A DNA stretch of 63,074 nt, counting the filler, from Candidatus Nezhaarchaeota archaeon WYZ-LMO8 (lineage in GTDB: Archaea > Thermoproteota > Methanomethylicia > Nezhaarchaeales > WYZ-LMO8), in assembly GCA_004347965.1 (NCBI GenBank). It is 4 parts of 4 records of this genome, joined end to end, with 100 filler letters (N's around TTAATTAATTAA, not from the genome) between each part and the next. Parts side by side here need not be neighbours in the genome. Positions count along the whole stretch, not along the records: positions 1 to 17,232 come from QNVF01000026.1; 3 more parts are not named here. One strand, 5' to 3'. This document shows, in pieces, positions 1-10,308 of this stretch. How positions within the stretch are numbered: position 1 is the first letter of the stretch; every line of letters begins with the position of its first letter. Both the position numbers and the translations under genes were made by a program. A model generated the notes under the pieces. It was not told the DNA's origin, did not search any database, and saw only the letters and a program-made list of their open reading frames with translations.

Positions 1-289
1 CCGCTGTGGGTATGATAAAGACCGCTATAAATGCTGAGCTCCACTTCGATGTGAGGCGCGAGCTTCTGAGCAAGAAGCCGTAGATTCTAAAACTTCTCCT
101 GGGCAAGACTATGGCAAGTAGGGCTATGAGCATCATAAATGCTGGGAAGCCAAAATGCCAGAACATACCACACTTCAAGTAGGCTAAATAAGTCTCGCGG
201 AGCCACCCAACAAAAGTCAGAAGTAGAGAGACTAGGCAGACCTCAAATAAAGCCGCATACCGCTTACCTAAGGAGGTCATACTAACCAT
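1..289 (-). CDS. Partial membrane protein, possibly CPBP/CAAX-type intramembrane protease N-terminus (runs off window start)
   Basis: Manually translated open frame from ATG at 289: MVSMTSLGKRYAALFEVCLVSLLLTFVGW...LPRRSFRIYGF...; several hydrophobic segments. Confidence 0.5.
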   Translation of the reverse strand, partial: MVSMTSLGKRYAALFEVCLVSLLLTFVGWLRETYLAYLKCGMFWHFGFPAFMMLIALLAIVLPRRSFRIYGFLLRSSRLTSKWSSAFIAVFIIPTA

Positions 290-383
290 GTTCTACAATT
301 GAGATAATAAATCTTAGCAGCCTTGTGGTCATTAAAGCCTTAAAGAGAAACTACGTGTAAGGCTCCAGAACTAGGAGTATTGA

Positions 384-456
384 AGCCCCGGGCGGGATTC
401 GAACCCGCGACCTGCGGCTTACAAGGCCGCCGCCATAACCGCTAGGCAACCGGGGC
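384..456 (-). tRNA. tRNA-Thr(TGT)
   Basis: Cloverleaf on minus strand: acceptor GCCCCGG/CCGGGGC, anticodon arm GCGGC-CTTGTAA-GCCGC, GTTCGAATC T-loop. Confidence 0.95.
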
Positions 457-580
457 TCAGAGTATCAGCATTTGAAGGGCCATAAAAATGTTGAGCTGCT
501 TAGAGTGCTTAAGCTCTTCTTGAATAAGCTTTTATTTGAGAACTGCTTCTTTTTAGTCGATAGTTAATTATTAGAGGAGA

Positions 581-668
581 GCCGGGTTCGCCTAGATTGG
601 TAGGGCGCGGGCTTGCTAAGCCCGTTCCCCTCTGGGGAGCGGGGGTTCGAGTCCCCCACCCGGCGCCA
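581..668 (+). tRNA. tRNA-Ser(GCT)
   Basis: Anticodon arm CGGGC-TTGCTAA-GCCCG, long variable arm, GTTCGAGTC T-loop, encoded CCA. Confidence 0.95.
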
Positions 669-839
669 CATCTTATAAAATCCAGCTTCTAATGTAAGCA
701 CGAGGTTAGGTTCATTTCAAGCTATTAAAGACTAACTTGAAGTTGACTGCAAGTATTCCGCTTCAAATTAGTGTAGTAAGTTTCTTATTAGGTTTAGGAA
801 GTTTTAAGTGCTTGCCACAACATACATAGTTTGGTAAGA

Positions 840-1439
840 ATGAGTATGAGTTTAGCAGGTGCATCGTCACCTTCTTATAATGTTGTAGAGGCCTACAATT
901 CCATGAAGAGGGGCATCCTCTACATCATAATTGGATGGCTGCTCATCGGAGTAGGGTTAATGACTTTGCTTGGAATCTTCGCCATTACTCCAATAGGTGT
1001 AAGGTCGTTTGGACTCGTAATGGCGATTACCGTGATAGCTCTCATAGTAATTGGGGCAATTATAGGTCTTGTAGGGCTATATGCTCACTTTATACCTGGA
1101 ACAACTAAGCTTGCTTCGATCGACCCGCGTTACTCAACAGCAGCTACTCTGACCAAGATAGGGTACGTGTGGGGATTAGTACTGCTTATCATCGGGGTGC
1201 CATTAATCTTTGCGTTCTTCATCGGTTTACCCGTAATGATCGTTGGTTACATACTCTTAATACTAGGCTACGTTGGCGTAATAATATTATGCTTTAAACT
1301 CAACGAGGTAGAGCAGAACACCCTCTATTTGGTAGCTGGAATCATGTTCATAATAGCGATTTTCATATCCGTAGTTGGGTTTGTAGCTTGGATTCTCCTG
1401 TACGTGGCTTTAGGAGATAGCATAAGAAAACACGCCTAA
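840..1439 (+). CDS. Multi-pass membrane protein, DUF973-like
   Basis: About 6 TM segments; motif LYLVAGIMFIIA...GFVAWILLYVALG resembles crenarchaeal DUF973; ATG at 840 preferred to TTG at 831. Confidence 0.65.
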   Translation: MSMSLAGASSPSYNVVEAYNSMKRGILYIIIGWLLIGVGLMTLLGIFAITPIGVRSFGLVMAITVIALIVIGAIIGLVGLYAHFIPGTTKLASIDPRYSTAATLTKIGYVWGLVLLIIGVPLIFAFFIGLPVMIVGYILLILGYVGVIILCFKLNEVEQNTLYLVAGIMFIIAIFISVVGFVAWILLYVALGDSIRKHA

Positions 1440-1635
1440 TTGTCTTAAGCATAAGCATTAGTACGACAGCTTCTTCTTGATGTTATAATTGATGAACTTA
1501 GCATCGTAATTCCACCTTTCATTCTCTAACATACTACGATGTGTTTACTTAGCTACTAGTCTTCTAACAGGGACCTATCGGTCAATCAAGCTTATAGTGC
1601 TCCTTGTACGATAAGTGTCTTGAGGTGAAGAGTTT

Positions 1636-2040
1636 CTGATAGTATATGACGTTGGATATGGAGCCTTTAAGTGCATTGGAAATTTCTTGAGTTTTTTAAA
1701 GGCTAAGAACATTGAAGTGGTTGTTGACGTGAGGGCCTTTCCTAGATCTAGAATCAAAGGTTTTAGTCGTGATGAGCTGAAAAGAGAGCTTGAGAAGAAT
1801 GGTTTAGAATATGTATGGCTTGGAGATAAACTTGGGGGATTTAGGAGGGGAGGTTATGAGGGCTACACGAAGGAGGAGGGCTTTAAGAGGGGGTTAGAAA
1901 TCCTTTCGATAATTGCACGTGATAAGAGGGTATGTTTGATGTGTCTTGAGAGGGACAGGAGGTTTTGCCATAGAAGGTTTATTGTAGAGAAGTTGAAGAG
2001 TGTGGGTTTTGAGGTTAAAGATCTGGTGAGGGGTGATTAA
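1636..2040 (+). CDS. DUF488 family protein (probable CTG start)
   Basis: VVDVRAFPRS, LGGFR, CLMCLERD...CHR motifs; family-type N-terminus IVYDVGY is in frame upstream of the track start, beginning at CTG 1636 after SD GAGGTGA. Confidence 0.85.
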   Translation: MIVYDVGYGAFKCIGNFLSFLKAKNIEVVVDVRAFPRSRIKGFSRDELKRELEKNGLEYVWLGDKLGGFRRGGYEGYTKEEGFKRGLEILSIIARDKRVCLMCLERDRRFCHRRFIVEKLKSVGFEVKDLVRGD

Positions 2041-2996
2041 TGTACAAAGTCTTAGACTTGTTCTGTGGGGCTGGTGGTTTCTCTCTCGGCTTTGTCATGG
2101 AGGGATTTAAGGTGCTGCTGGGAATTGATGTGGACTGGACGGTGGCGGAGACTTACAGCGAGAATCTTAAGGTAGATGTTTTATGTGAAGATATAAGAGA
2201 TATTCATTCTATCGACATAAAAGAGGTGATGAGTGATGACGCCGATGTCGTAATAGCAAGCCCTCCCTGTGAGCCATTTACGGGTGCTAATCCTCGAAGA
2301 GAGGTCAACGTGCTTGATAGACTCTATGGTGATGAAGTGGGAAGGCTTTTCCTCCACGCTATAAGAATCATAGGTGATCTAAAACCAAGACTATTCATAA
2401 TTGAGAACGTCCCTTCAATACTTGAAGGAACATTGAAAGAAGCGATTGAACACGAGCTTAGAGCTGTGGGATATAGTAAGATCTACTTCAACGTACTTTA
2501 TGCTGAGAATCATGGAACTCCATCCCATAGGAAGAGGGTCTTCATATCGAATTACAGGTTCAGGCTCAAGCCGATACGAAAGGTTATCGTTGTTGAAGAA
2601 GCTTTAGCAGGTCTTCCAAACCCAGAAGAAGTATGTGATATACCTAATCACGTGATAAAGCCCTTGCCTCCAAGGAAGCTTAAGAAGATAGCTAGACTGA
2701 AGTGGGGTGAAGAGTTAGTGCTGTATAAGGGTGCTGGAAGAAAAGTTCTACCAAATTGGATTAGGCTTCATCCATACAAATTAGCTCCAACGGTCCTTGG
2801 AAGCTCTAGGTTCATACATCCCTATGAGAATAGGCTTCTAACTGTGAGGGAGCAAGCAAGGTTGATGGGCTTCCCAGACAACTTCGTGTTTAAGGGAGGG
2901 TTTGATGCTCAATATAACATGATTGGAGAGGCTGTTCCTCCACCTATTTCAAGAGCTATAGCTAGAGAGACGCTTAGGTTATTAAGGGGTTCCTGA
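2040..2996 (+). CDS. Cytosine-C5 methyltransferase (Dcm family), orphan
   Basis: Motif I DLFCGAGG, catalytic SPPC, ENV, RKR, LTVRE.ARLMGFPD and GEAVPP. Confidence 0.9.
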   Translation: MYKVLDLFCGAGGFSLGFVMEGFKVLLGIDVDWTVAETYSENLKVDVLCEDIRDIHSIDIKEVMSDDADVVIASPPCEPFTGANPRREVNVLDRLYGDEVGRLFLHAIRIIGDLKPRLFIIENVPSILEGTLKEAIEHELRAVGYSKIYFNVLYAENHGTPSHRKRVFISNYRFRLKPIRKVIVVEEALAGLPNPEEVCDIPNHVIKPLPPRKLKKIARLKWGEELVLYKGAGRKVLPNWIRLHPYKLAPTVLGSSRFIHPYENRLLTVREQARLMGFPDNFVFKGGFDAQYNMIGEAVPPPISRAIARETLRLLRGS

Positions 2997-3017
2997 GGAA
3001 GTAGTAAACGGTTAAAG

Positions 3018-3488
3018 ATGAATGAAGTGATACCAGTACTACACAACGTGTTCAGCGTCGAGATAGTTAAGCAGTTCGCTAAGATATGCTACGGGTTAGG
3101 CTTTAAGACTCTCGTTATAAGCAAGCCTAGCGGTGCAGCAGCTCAAGCAGGGCTTCCAGAAGCACAAAAGCTTGCCCTCAAGAAGGGCAGGGCCCTCGTA
3201 GTACTTAGCGGGATAGAGGACGTGATTGAGGTCTTTAAACCACTCTTAGTGATTTTCATTACGCCTAAGAAGTATGCTAAAACTAGGTTTGATGCCGAGC
3301 ACATAATCTCTGAGCTCGAAAAAGGTCCTATAACAATAATCTTTGGCGGAAGTGAGCCAGGAATTTCAGCTAAAGAGATGGAGCTTGGAGTGCCAATGCA
3401 CATAGATGTTGAAGACGATCTAGGACCTCTTGGCTTCGCATCCATAACACTGAACATTATCTCAAATATCCTTAAGGTTAAGAAGTGA
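3018..3488 (+). CDS. DUF2122-like protein (SPOUT-like fold)
   Basis: VLHNVFS, SGAAAQAGLPEAQKLA, FGGSEPG motifs. Confidence 0.7.
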   Translation: MNEVIPVLHNVFSVEIVKQFAKICYGLGFKTLVISKPSGAAAQAGLPEAQKLALKKGRALVVLSGIEDVIEVFKPLLVIFITPKKYAKTRFDAEHIISELEKGPITIIFGGSEPGISAKEMELGVPMHIDVEDDLGPLGFASITLNIISNILKVKK

Positions 3489-3498
3489 TGGTGAGAGC

Positions 3499-4881
3499 AT
3501 GAAGATCGTGATGAAATTTGGGGGTACGTGCACATCTTCTGGAGACAACATCTTAAGGATAGTAGATGTAGTGCAAAGACGTTTGGAACGAAATGACAAG
3601 ATAGTGTTAGTTATATCTGCTATGGCTGGAGTCACCGATTCCCTCATCGATCTCATAAATGATGCTTTATCGGGAAATCTTAGTAAAGTAGACGAAGTCT
3701 TATCGAGTATTAAGGAGAAGCATGTGCAAGCATGTGCGAGAGCCATTAAGGATGAAGAGCTAAGAAGAGACATTATACAAGACATTGAAGGCTTACTTTA
3801 CGAACTTCACTTTATGCTTAGGGTAATCTCTTATCTCAAAGAAGCCTCTATGAGAACTCGAGATAGGATTTTAGCCTTTGGTGAGAAGATGGCGACTAAA
3901 ATCGTAACAGGGGCACTGATGTCTGGAGGTATTAAGGCAGAGTACCTTACAGGTGGACAGGCAGGCATAATAACTGACGAGAACTTTGGTCAAGCAAATC
4001 CAATAATGATGTTGTGCGAAGAGATGTTGAAGAAAAATTTAATACCCCTCCTAGAGCAAGGTATCGTCCCCGTTGTCACAGGTTTTATAGGGCAAACAGT
4101 AAAGGGTGTAGAAACCACATTAGGTAGAGGTGGATCCGATTACTCAGCTACAATTATAGGGGCTGCTTTAGAGTTCGATGAGGTATGGGTTTGGAAGGAC
4201 GTGGAAGGCATCATGACGGCTGATCCAAAAATAGTGCCTAACGCGAGACCTATACCTAAGATGTCTTACGACGAGACTGTCGAGCTTGCATACTTTGGAG
4301 CAAAGGTTCTACACCCTCTCGCTCTAAAACCTCTCATTGAGAAACGCATACCTCTAAGAGTAAAGAACTTCTTTAATCCAGATAGCCCGGGCACAATAGT
4401 CCATTACGAAGCTCCTAACGATAAGGTAGTCAAAGCCGTTACCATGATACCGAGAGTCGCCATAATAACGATTAGTGGAGCAGAGCTTTACGAGACCCCA
4501 CTCATAATCTCTAAGGTTTTCAAGAGCTTATATGACGTTGGAGCGAATGCAATAATGGTCTCTCAAAGCTCATCACAAACCAACATATCAATAGTAGTAT
4601 CAGGAGAAAAACTGAACTCAATACTGGAAAGGCTTAAAGAAACTTTACCTAGAAATTGTGATGTCAGCTGGGAAAGTGATGTATGTGTAATAGCGGTAGT
4701 GGGATCGGGTATGAGGGGGCGACCAGGAGTTGCCGCTAAGGTGTTCAGTACTGTGGCCAAGGAAGGGGTTAATGTTAGGATGATAGCACAGGGGGCCTCA
4801 GAACTCAACATATCCCTCGTCGTGAGACAAGAAGATGCTATCAAAGCTGTTAGAGCATTACATGAAGCATTCGTGGGGTGA
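3499..4881 (+). CDS. lysC: Aspartate kinase
   Basis: MKFGGT, TTLGRGGSDYSA, DVEGIMTADP, GAKVLHP, two C-terminal ACT domains. Confidence 0.97.
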   Translation: MKIVMKFGGTCTSSGDNILRIVDVVQRRLERNDKIVLVISAMAGVTDSLIDLINDALSGNLSKVDEVLSSIKEKHVQACARAIKDEELRRDIIQDIEGLLYELHFMLRVISYLKEASMRTRDRILAFGEKMATKIVTGALMSGGIKAEYLTGGQAGIITDENFGQANPIMMLCEEMLKKNLIPLLEQGIVPVVTGFIGQTVKGVETTLGRGGSDYSATIIGAALEFDEVWVWKDVEGIMTADPKIVPNARPIPKMSYDETVELAYFGAKVLHPLALKPLIEKRIPLRVKNFFNPDSPGTIVHYEAPNDKVVKAVTMIPRVAIITISGAELYETPLIISKVFKSLYDVGANAIMVSQSSSQTNISIVVSGEKLNSILERLKETLPRNCDVSWESDVCVIAVVGSGMRGRPGVAAKVFSTVAKEGVNVRMIAQGASELNISLVVRQEDAIKAVRALHEAFVG

Positions 4882-4887
4882 AGGAAA

Positions 4888-5952
4888 GTGGATAAGCTAA
4901 AGGTGGCATTATTAGGTGCAACAGGTCTTGTTGGGCAGAGGTTCATTAAGTTGTTAGCTGACCACCCATTCTTCGAGATCGTAGCATTAACAGCTTCGAG
5001 TAAAAGCAGTGGTAAGAGGTACTGTGAAGCTACTAAATGGATATTGAATTCGGACTTCCCCGAAGTTGTTAAAGATTTGAGGGTTCTCGAAACAAGCCCT
5101 AGCACGTTAAGAAGCTGTGGCTACAATGTAGACGTAGTATTCTCAGCTCTGCCATCGGCTGTGGCAAGAGAGCTAGAACCTTTGTTCGCTAGAGAGGGAT
5201 TCAAGGTTATTAGTAATGCTAGTGCAATGCGGTTATTCGATGATGTTCCTCTAGTGGTACCAGAGATAAATCCTGACCACGTAAACTTAATCTATGTTCA
5301 GAGGAGTAAGAGGGGCTGGAAAGGTTTTATAGTGACAAACCCTAATTGCAGCACCATAATATTAACGTTGACTTTAAAGCCCATCATGGACTGTGGAGGT
5401 ATTGAGTCAGTTCACGTAACTACAATGCAAGCAGTTTCAGGAGCTGGTTTCACAGGTGTTACCTCCATGGCTATAATAGACAACGTTATACCGTTTATAG
5501 CTAACGAAGAGGAAAAGATACAAACGGAAAGCTTAAAGATACTTGGGAGATTGACTGAGAGCTCAGTGGAGTATGCAGACATACTGATATCAGCATCATG
5601 TAATAGGGTTTGCGTTCTTGATGGACATCTTGAGAACGTATTCATTAAGTTAAAGAGACAAGTAGACCTAGAAACAATCAAGGATTCTCTAAGAAACTTT
5701 AAGGGGATTCCGCAAGAGCTTAAGCTACCATTAGCCCCACCATCACCAATAATAGTGAGGGGAGAAGAAGATAGGCCTCAGCCGAGACTTGATAGGGAGG
5801 AGTATAAGGGTATGAGTGTAGTTGTTGGAAGGCTTAGGTACGGCAAGGACGGGTGGTTGAAGTACGTAGTCCTTGGCAATAATGTTGTTAGAGGGGCTGC
5901 AGGCAACTCAATACTTATAGGTGAGCTAATGGCTAAGGAGGGGCTCTTATAG
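4888..5952 (+). CDS. asd: Aspartate-semialdehyde dehydrogenase
   Basis: GATGLVGQ, catalytic NPNCS, QAVSGAG, NVVRGAAG. Confidence 0.97.
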   Translation: MDKLKVALLGATGLVGQRFIKLLADHPFFEIVALTASSKSSGKRYCEATKWILNSDFPEVVKDLRVLETSPSTLRSCGYNVDVVFSALPSAVARELEPLFAREGFKVISNASAMRLFDDVPLVVPEINPDHVNLIYVQRSKRGWKGFIVTNPNCSTIILTLTLKPIMDCGGIESVHVTTMQAVSGAGFTGVTSMAIIDNVIPFIANEEEKIQTESLKILGRLTESSVEYADILISASCNRVCVLDGHLENVFIKLKRQVDLETIKDSLRNFKGIPQELKLPLAPPSPIIVRGEEDRPQPRLDREEYKGMSVVVGRLRYGKDGWLKYVVLGNNVVRGAAGNSILIGELMAKEGLL

Positions 5953-6075
5953 ATTGTAGAACCTTAGTCCAACATGCCCATTCGCATCATGTTAAATCTT
6001 GAGTTTAAGCGTAATTATACGATCTCTGACTCAAAACATGAGCGGATGTGGTGTGACAGTAAGATTTGAGGGGTC

Positions 6076-6303
6076 ATGATGAACGAAGAGTTAGTGATGG
6101 AGGCGTTCATGGACTGTAAACCATATTTAACATGTTGGAAAGAGATTGAAGAGACAGTTAAAACCATTTTAAAAGAGAGCTCAGATATCCAAGACTTTAT
6201 GAGAATTCTGGAGAGACTTATTGAGCGAGAAAGTAACGTTCTCTTAAGAACTGACATGAAGATACTTCTTTCAGAGCTTAGGTCTAAACTTAAGAGGAAA
6301 TAA
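6076..6303 (+). CDS. Small helical hypothetical protein
   Basis: 75-aa ORF with SD GAGGGG and charged helical composition. Confidence 0.6.
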   Translation: MMNEELVMEAFMDCKPYLTCWKEIEETVKTILKESSDIQDFMRILERLIERESNVLLRTDMKILLSELRSKLKRK

Positions 6304-6306
6304 CAG

Positions 6307-6597
6307 CTACTTAATCGAGCACCGGCAAGGATTCTCTCCGCATTTTGGACAGCTTTTCCCATACCGCTTCAACGCTACCTCTTCTATGTCCACTGAAAGC
6401 GCGTTTGCAACTGACACCAGCCAGGCAAGAGCATCAGCTAGCTCTTCTTCTATTAGCTTTCTATCGCCCTTAATTATCGCACTACCCAACTCACCTATTT
6501 CCTCAACAAGATACATGAAGTTAGCCTCGGGAGAGCGGCGTGAGTCTTTGTGCCAGTACATCTCCTTTATGTGATTTTGGAACTCTCTTATGTGCAT
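6307..6597 (-). CDS. MazG-like nucleotide pyrophosphohydrolase
   Basis: LVEEIGEL...EEELADALAWL and C-terminal CPKCGENPCRC. Confidence 0.9.
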   Translation of the reverse strand: MHIREFQNHIKEMYWHKDSRRSPEANFMYLVEEIGELGSAIIKGDRKLIEEELADALAWLVSVANALSVDIEEVALKRYGKSCPKCGENPCRCSIK

Positions 6598-6616
6598 GAA
6601 GAAGCACCGGTCACAT

Positions 6617-6829
6617 TCATAGCGGCAAGAAGGCTGGAAGCAGTAGCACTACTACTACCAATGCTACTGCCACAATGACCGCTATGTAAGGGGGTATGGA
6701 GAGGCCTTCAACCTCCTCCTTGAAGAAACGTATTAGGCCAGCTCCAGCCATAGGAGCGAACTCCGACCTTCCTCTACCCTTGTGAGGTCTTTTTGTTCTT
6801 GTAGATTTAGACTTAACCTTTCCCGGCAT
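6617..6829 (-). CDS. secG: Protein translocase Sec61beta subunit
   Basis: Basic N-terminus, AGLIRFFKEE..ISIPP-like motif (GLSIPP), single C-terminal TM helix. Confidence 0.9.
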   Translation of the reverse strand: MPGKVKSKSTRTKRPHKGRGRSEFAPMAGAGLIRFFKEEVEGLSIPPYIAVIVAVALVVVVLLLPAFLPL

Positions 6830-6832
6830 GGC

Positions 6833-7399
6833 TCAGCCCTCAATAATTAGAGGCTCCTTTATTATCTTTGTGGTCTGCCCATATTTAGGTACTACAGTAC
6901 TTAATCCACTTGGATCTTCTATTATGAAAGTGAACTTCAGTCTTCCGTTTATAGCAGCAACCAATTTATTGAGGATCTCCGAGCACCTTTGCATTTGCTC
7001 ATTACTTAGTTCACTTGATGCCAAGAACTCTACTATTTCCTTAGCTCTATGAAGGAAGCCCTCTATAGTAGTTATTACTCCTTGCGCGTAAGGACCTGGT
7101 GTTATTGTCACTCCTAATTCTGGTATTCTCACAGTAGCATGGCTTGAACGCACGACTATGTGGCTTATGTCATCTGGCTCCTCAACTTTGACTGTTATCC
7201 TTGATGGCTCATGGTGTGGATTTATCTCCATTACGTCTGTATGCTTGAAACCACAGTGCTCGCAAAATATGGATAAAAGGTAGACATTACCAAAGTTTGG
7301 GAACTCATAGCATATCTCGCTTACTTTTAGGTAATGCTTACCGCATGTGGGGCAGTAAGTCTTGAACCGATTTACGTAGCCTGGTTCAACGTTGACCAG
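6833..7399 (-). CDS. ZPR1 zinc-finger protein (probable CTG start)
   Basis: VVRSSHATVRIPELG, TTIEGFL, IEDPSGLS; zinc finger CPTCG...CEHCG is in frame upstream of track ATG 7231; no ATG/GTG/TTG before it, CTG at 7399 follows SD AGGTGA. Confidence 0.88.
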   Translation of the reverse strand: MVNVEPGYVNRFKTYCPTCGKHYLKVSEICYEFPNFGNVYLLSIFCEHCGFKHTDVMEINPHHEPSRITVKVEEPDDISHIVVRSSHATVRIPELGVTITPGPYAQGVITTIEGFLHRAKEIVEFLASSELSNEQMQRCSEILNKLVAAINGRLKFTFIIEDPSGLSTVVPKYGQTTKIIKEPLIIEG

Positions 7400-7405
7400 T
7401 TGACG

Positions 7406-7897
7406 TCACCTTTTGTACCCTATCTTTCTTAAGAACTCTTTTCTCTCCTTCTCCTTTTCTTCGTTTTCTACTCCTACGGCTGAGTAGCCATCCACAACTC
7501 CTATGACCCCTCTGCCCTGATCTGTCTCTACGACAACGACTTGCAACGGATTTGCAGTTGCACAGAAGATCCTGCAGACTTCAGGTACCATTTTTATGGC
7601 GTTTAAGACATTTATTGGATAGGCATTCCTTATGAAGATCACGAAAACGTGTCCTGCTCCTATACTGAGAGCTGTTTTAACGGCTACCTCAACGAGTTCG
7701 GGGTCGTTGCCATCTTTCCTGACAAGTTTAGGTCCCGAAGCCTCATTGAAAGCTAATCCAAACTTTATGTGTGGAGAGGAGTTTATTAATGCTTCATACA
7801 AATCCTCAACTGTCTTTATGAAGTGTGCTTGACCTATTATCACGTTTGATCCTTTAGGCATCTCTACGGGTACGACCCTTATCTTGGGTTCGCTCAT
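7406..7897 (-). CDS. Adenosine-specific kinase family (DUF355)
   Basis: [38 protein letters not shown]. Confidence 0.9.
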   Translation of the reverse strand: MSEPKIRVVPVEMPKGSNVIIGQAHFIKTVEDLYEALINSSPHIKFGLAFNEASGPKLVRKDGNDPELVEVAVKTALSIGAGHVFVIFIRNAYPINVLNAIKMVPEVCRIFCATANPLQVVVVETDQGRGVIGVVDGYSAVGVENEEKEKERKEFLRKIGYKR

Positions 7898-7923
7898 ACA
7901 TTTTCTTCTTGCTTTCCTCCTAC

Positions 7924-10269
7924 TTAAGCCTTGAGACGGCAGTAGCCAACGATTACTTGTCCTACTGAGAGGCCTCCATCACCTGGAGGTAGGGCTCTAT
8001 GTCTTAGTAGCTTTAAGTTATACTTTGAAGCTACGTTCTCAATCGTTTCAAGCATTATTTCGTTAACAGCAGCACCCCCTGAGATCCCTATGATTTTTAT
8101 TCCCTCTTCCTGCGCTTTTGAACAAGCTATCTCAGCAAGCCCCTTAGCTATAGCTACTTGTGCTATGCGAGCTATCAAGCTTGGCGGAGTATTCTTCATA
8201 AGTGACACTAAGTGTGACGTTATGTGAGAAGCATCAACTATACTTGTCCTACCTCTATCGATTATGGGGATCTCGATCTCAATGTTGGCAGATGGATTGC
8301 TCATACGGGCAAGGGCTTCAAGCTTCATTGCTGGCTCACCCTCATAAGACCTGTAAGTGCATACTCCCAGCATGGCTGATATAGAATCTAGGATCCGCCC
8401 CGTACTCGATGAATGTATAACGTTAAAGCCTGAACTTAGCTGCTTTATAACCACGGGCACTTCACGAGGTCCATATTTAAAGGCTTTTGAAAATTTCTCA
8501 AGTAGAAGGCTTTCGAGCTCCTTGAGGCTCATGACTTGACTGAGCAAACCAGCTAAAGCCCTAATTGGATAGTATGCGCATATATCTCCTCCAGGCAAGG
8601 GATAGGGCTTTATGTGCCCCACTCTCTCATATCCCTCACACGTAGCCAATAGAACTTCCCCACCCCACGCAGTACCATCATCACCTAGCCCCACTCCATC
8701 CATTGTAATGTACACTGCTTCTTCATCAAGTCCAAGTCCTCCCTCAGCTGCAAGTGATGCAGCATGTGCATGGTGATGTTGAACCCTTATAAGGGGTATG
8801 CCCAATTCGCTGCTAAGTTCTTCAGCATATCGAGTTGAAGGGAAAGTACGATTCAAATCGCATGCGATAGCGTCTATCTTCCCTATTTTGAGGGCCTTCT
8901 TTAAGAAGTTGTAAGCTTGCTTTAGGAAGTTCAATGAATCTGGATTGTCAAGATCTCCTATGTGCTGGCTTACGTAGCAATTATCGTTTTTCAGGAGGGA
9001 GATGGTGACGTTAAAGTCGCCTCCAAATGCCACTATACACTTACCTTTATTGCGAAGTTTCGGAATCATTATCGGCAGGGGCGCATAACCTCTAGATCGA
9101 CGTAAGAAGGTTGGAACTCCATGAGATACCCTTATTACTGAGTCATCGCATCTATTCACTATCTCTCTGTTATGAGTTAAGTAGTAGTCAACTATCATTG
9201 AGAGTTTCTTTAAAGCATCTTCTGTTGACGTCACCATGGGCTCTCCAGGGTAGTTAGCACTCGTCATTATGATTGCTGGCTCATTGATGTGCATTAATAA
9301 GAGCAAATGTATGCCTGAGTAAGGTAACATGACCCCTACGCTGTCGAGGCCTGGAGAGACCAAAGGGGATATGGGGTTATTTGGCTTAGCTCTCAGTACA
9401 ACTATGGGGCGTTCTTTGGACAGAAGCAGGTCTCTCTCGATTTGATTGAGATAGGCAAAGCTTTCTACGTGATCAACTGATGGCGACATAACTGCGAACG
9501 GCTGTTGAGGTCTTCTACGTCTCTCTCTTAGTTTTAAGACTACATCATCGTCAGTGGCTAGGCATGCTATGTGAAAACCTCCTATACCCTTCACTGCGAC
9601 TATAAAGCCCTCTTTAATCAGTTTAGCTGCTTCCTTAATGGGATCTTCACAGGAAATTTTTAATCCATCGCGGTCTAGTAGCTCATTTTTAGGACCACAT
9701 AATCTGCAGCAAATCCCCTCAGCATGATATCTCCTGTTAGCTGGATCTTCATAATCCCTCTGACAAAATTTACATAGAGGAAATTTGGCCATGCTCGTGT
9801 GTTCGCGATCGTAAGGAATGTCAAGAATCATCGTGAACCTAGGTCCGCAGACAGCACAGCAAGTAAAGGGATAGTTTGACCATCGAGGGTCTTTACCCAT
9901 AATGTCGTTGATGCAATCATGACATATTGCTATGTCTGGTGGGATTGAGGAGCCACATTGCCTTACTCTTGAATCACTTGGCAGTATCTGAAATGCCCCG
10001 AATTCACCAGTGTATTCAAGCCATTCCACTGAAATGTTGTCGACGCGTGCAGGAGCAGGTTTCTCCAGCTTAAGCTTCTCGATAAATTGTTCAATGGAAC
10101 TTCTCTTACCCTCAACCACCACCTCTACTCCTGCATCTCCAAGATTAACCACGTAACCCTTGAGATCTAGTGATACAGCTAAGCGATAAACGAATGGTCT
10201 AAACCCCACTCCTTGAACTACTCCGCTAACATGGATGATGGCTTTCACTAGACTGCTCATTGCTTCCAA
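7924..10269 (-). CDS. hypF: Hydrogenase maturation carbamoyltransferase HypF
   Basis: Acylphosphatase [11 protein letters not shown], two CxxC zinc fingers, [22 protein letters not shown]. Confidence 0.97.
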   Translation of the reverse strand: MEAMSSLVKAIIHVSGVVQGVGFRPFVYRLAVSLDLKGYVVNLGDAGVEVVVEGKRSSIEQFIEKLKLEKPAPARVDNISVEWLEYTGEFGAFQILPSDSRVRQCGSSIPPDIAICHDCINDIMGKDPRWSNYPFTCCAVCGPRFTMILDIPYDREHTSMAKFPLCKFCQRDYEDPANRRYHAEGICCRLCGPKNELLDRDGLKISCEDPIKEAAKLIKEGFIVAVKGIGGFHIACLATDDDVVLKLRERRRRPQQPFAVMSPSVDHVESFAYLNQIERDLLLSKERPIVVLRAKPNNPISPLVSPGLDSVGVMLPYSGIHLLLLMHINEPAIIMTSANYPGEPMVTSTEDALKKLSMIVDYYLTHNREIVNRCDDSVIRVSHGVPTFLRRSRGYAPLPIMIPKLRNKGKCIVAFGGDFNVTISLLKNDNCYVSQHIGDLDNPDSLNFLKQAYNFLKKALKIGKIDAIACDLNRTFPSTRYAEELSSELGIPLIRVQHHHAHAASLAAEGGLGLDEEAVYITMDGVGLGDDGTAWGGEVLLATCEGYERVGHIKPYPLPGGDICAYYPIRALAGLLSQVMSLKELESLLLEKFSKAFKYGPREVPVVIKQLSSGFNVIHSSSTGRILDSISAMLGVCTYRSYEGEPAMKLEALARMSNPSANIEIEIPIIDRGRTSIVDASHITSHLVSLMKNTPPSLIARIAQVAIAKGLAEIACSKAQEEGIKIIGISGGAAVNEIMLETIENVASKYNLKLLRHRALPPGDGGLSVGQVIVGYCRLKA

Positions 10270-10308
10270 TGACTGACAGCAAGATTCGTATTAAATTCTA
10301 CGCGTAAA

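Noticed and set aside
3143..5681. Antisense ORFs over lysC/asd, and similar shadow ORFs throughout the track (also 11743-12006, 18375-18563, 40006-40191)
   Set aside because: Ser/Leu/Thr-rich shadows of real genes, or short ORFs with no SD and no recognisable motifs.
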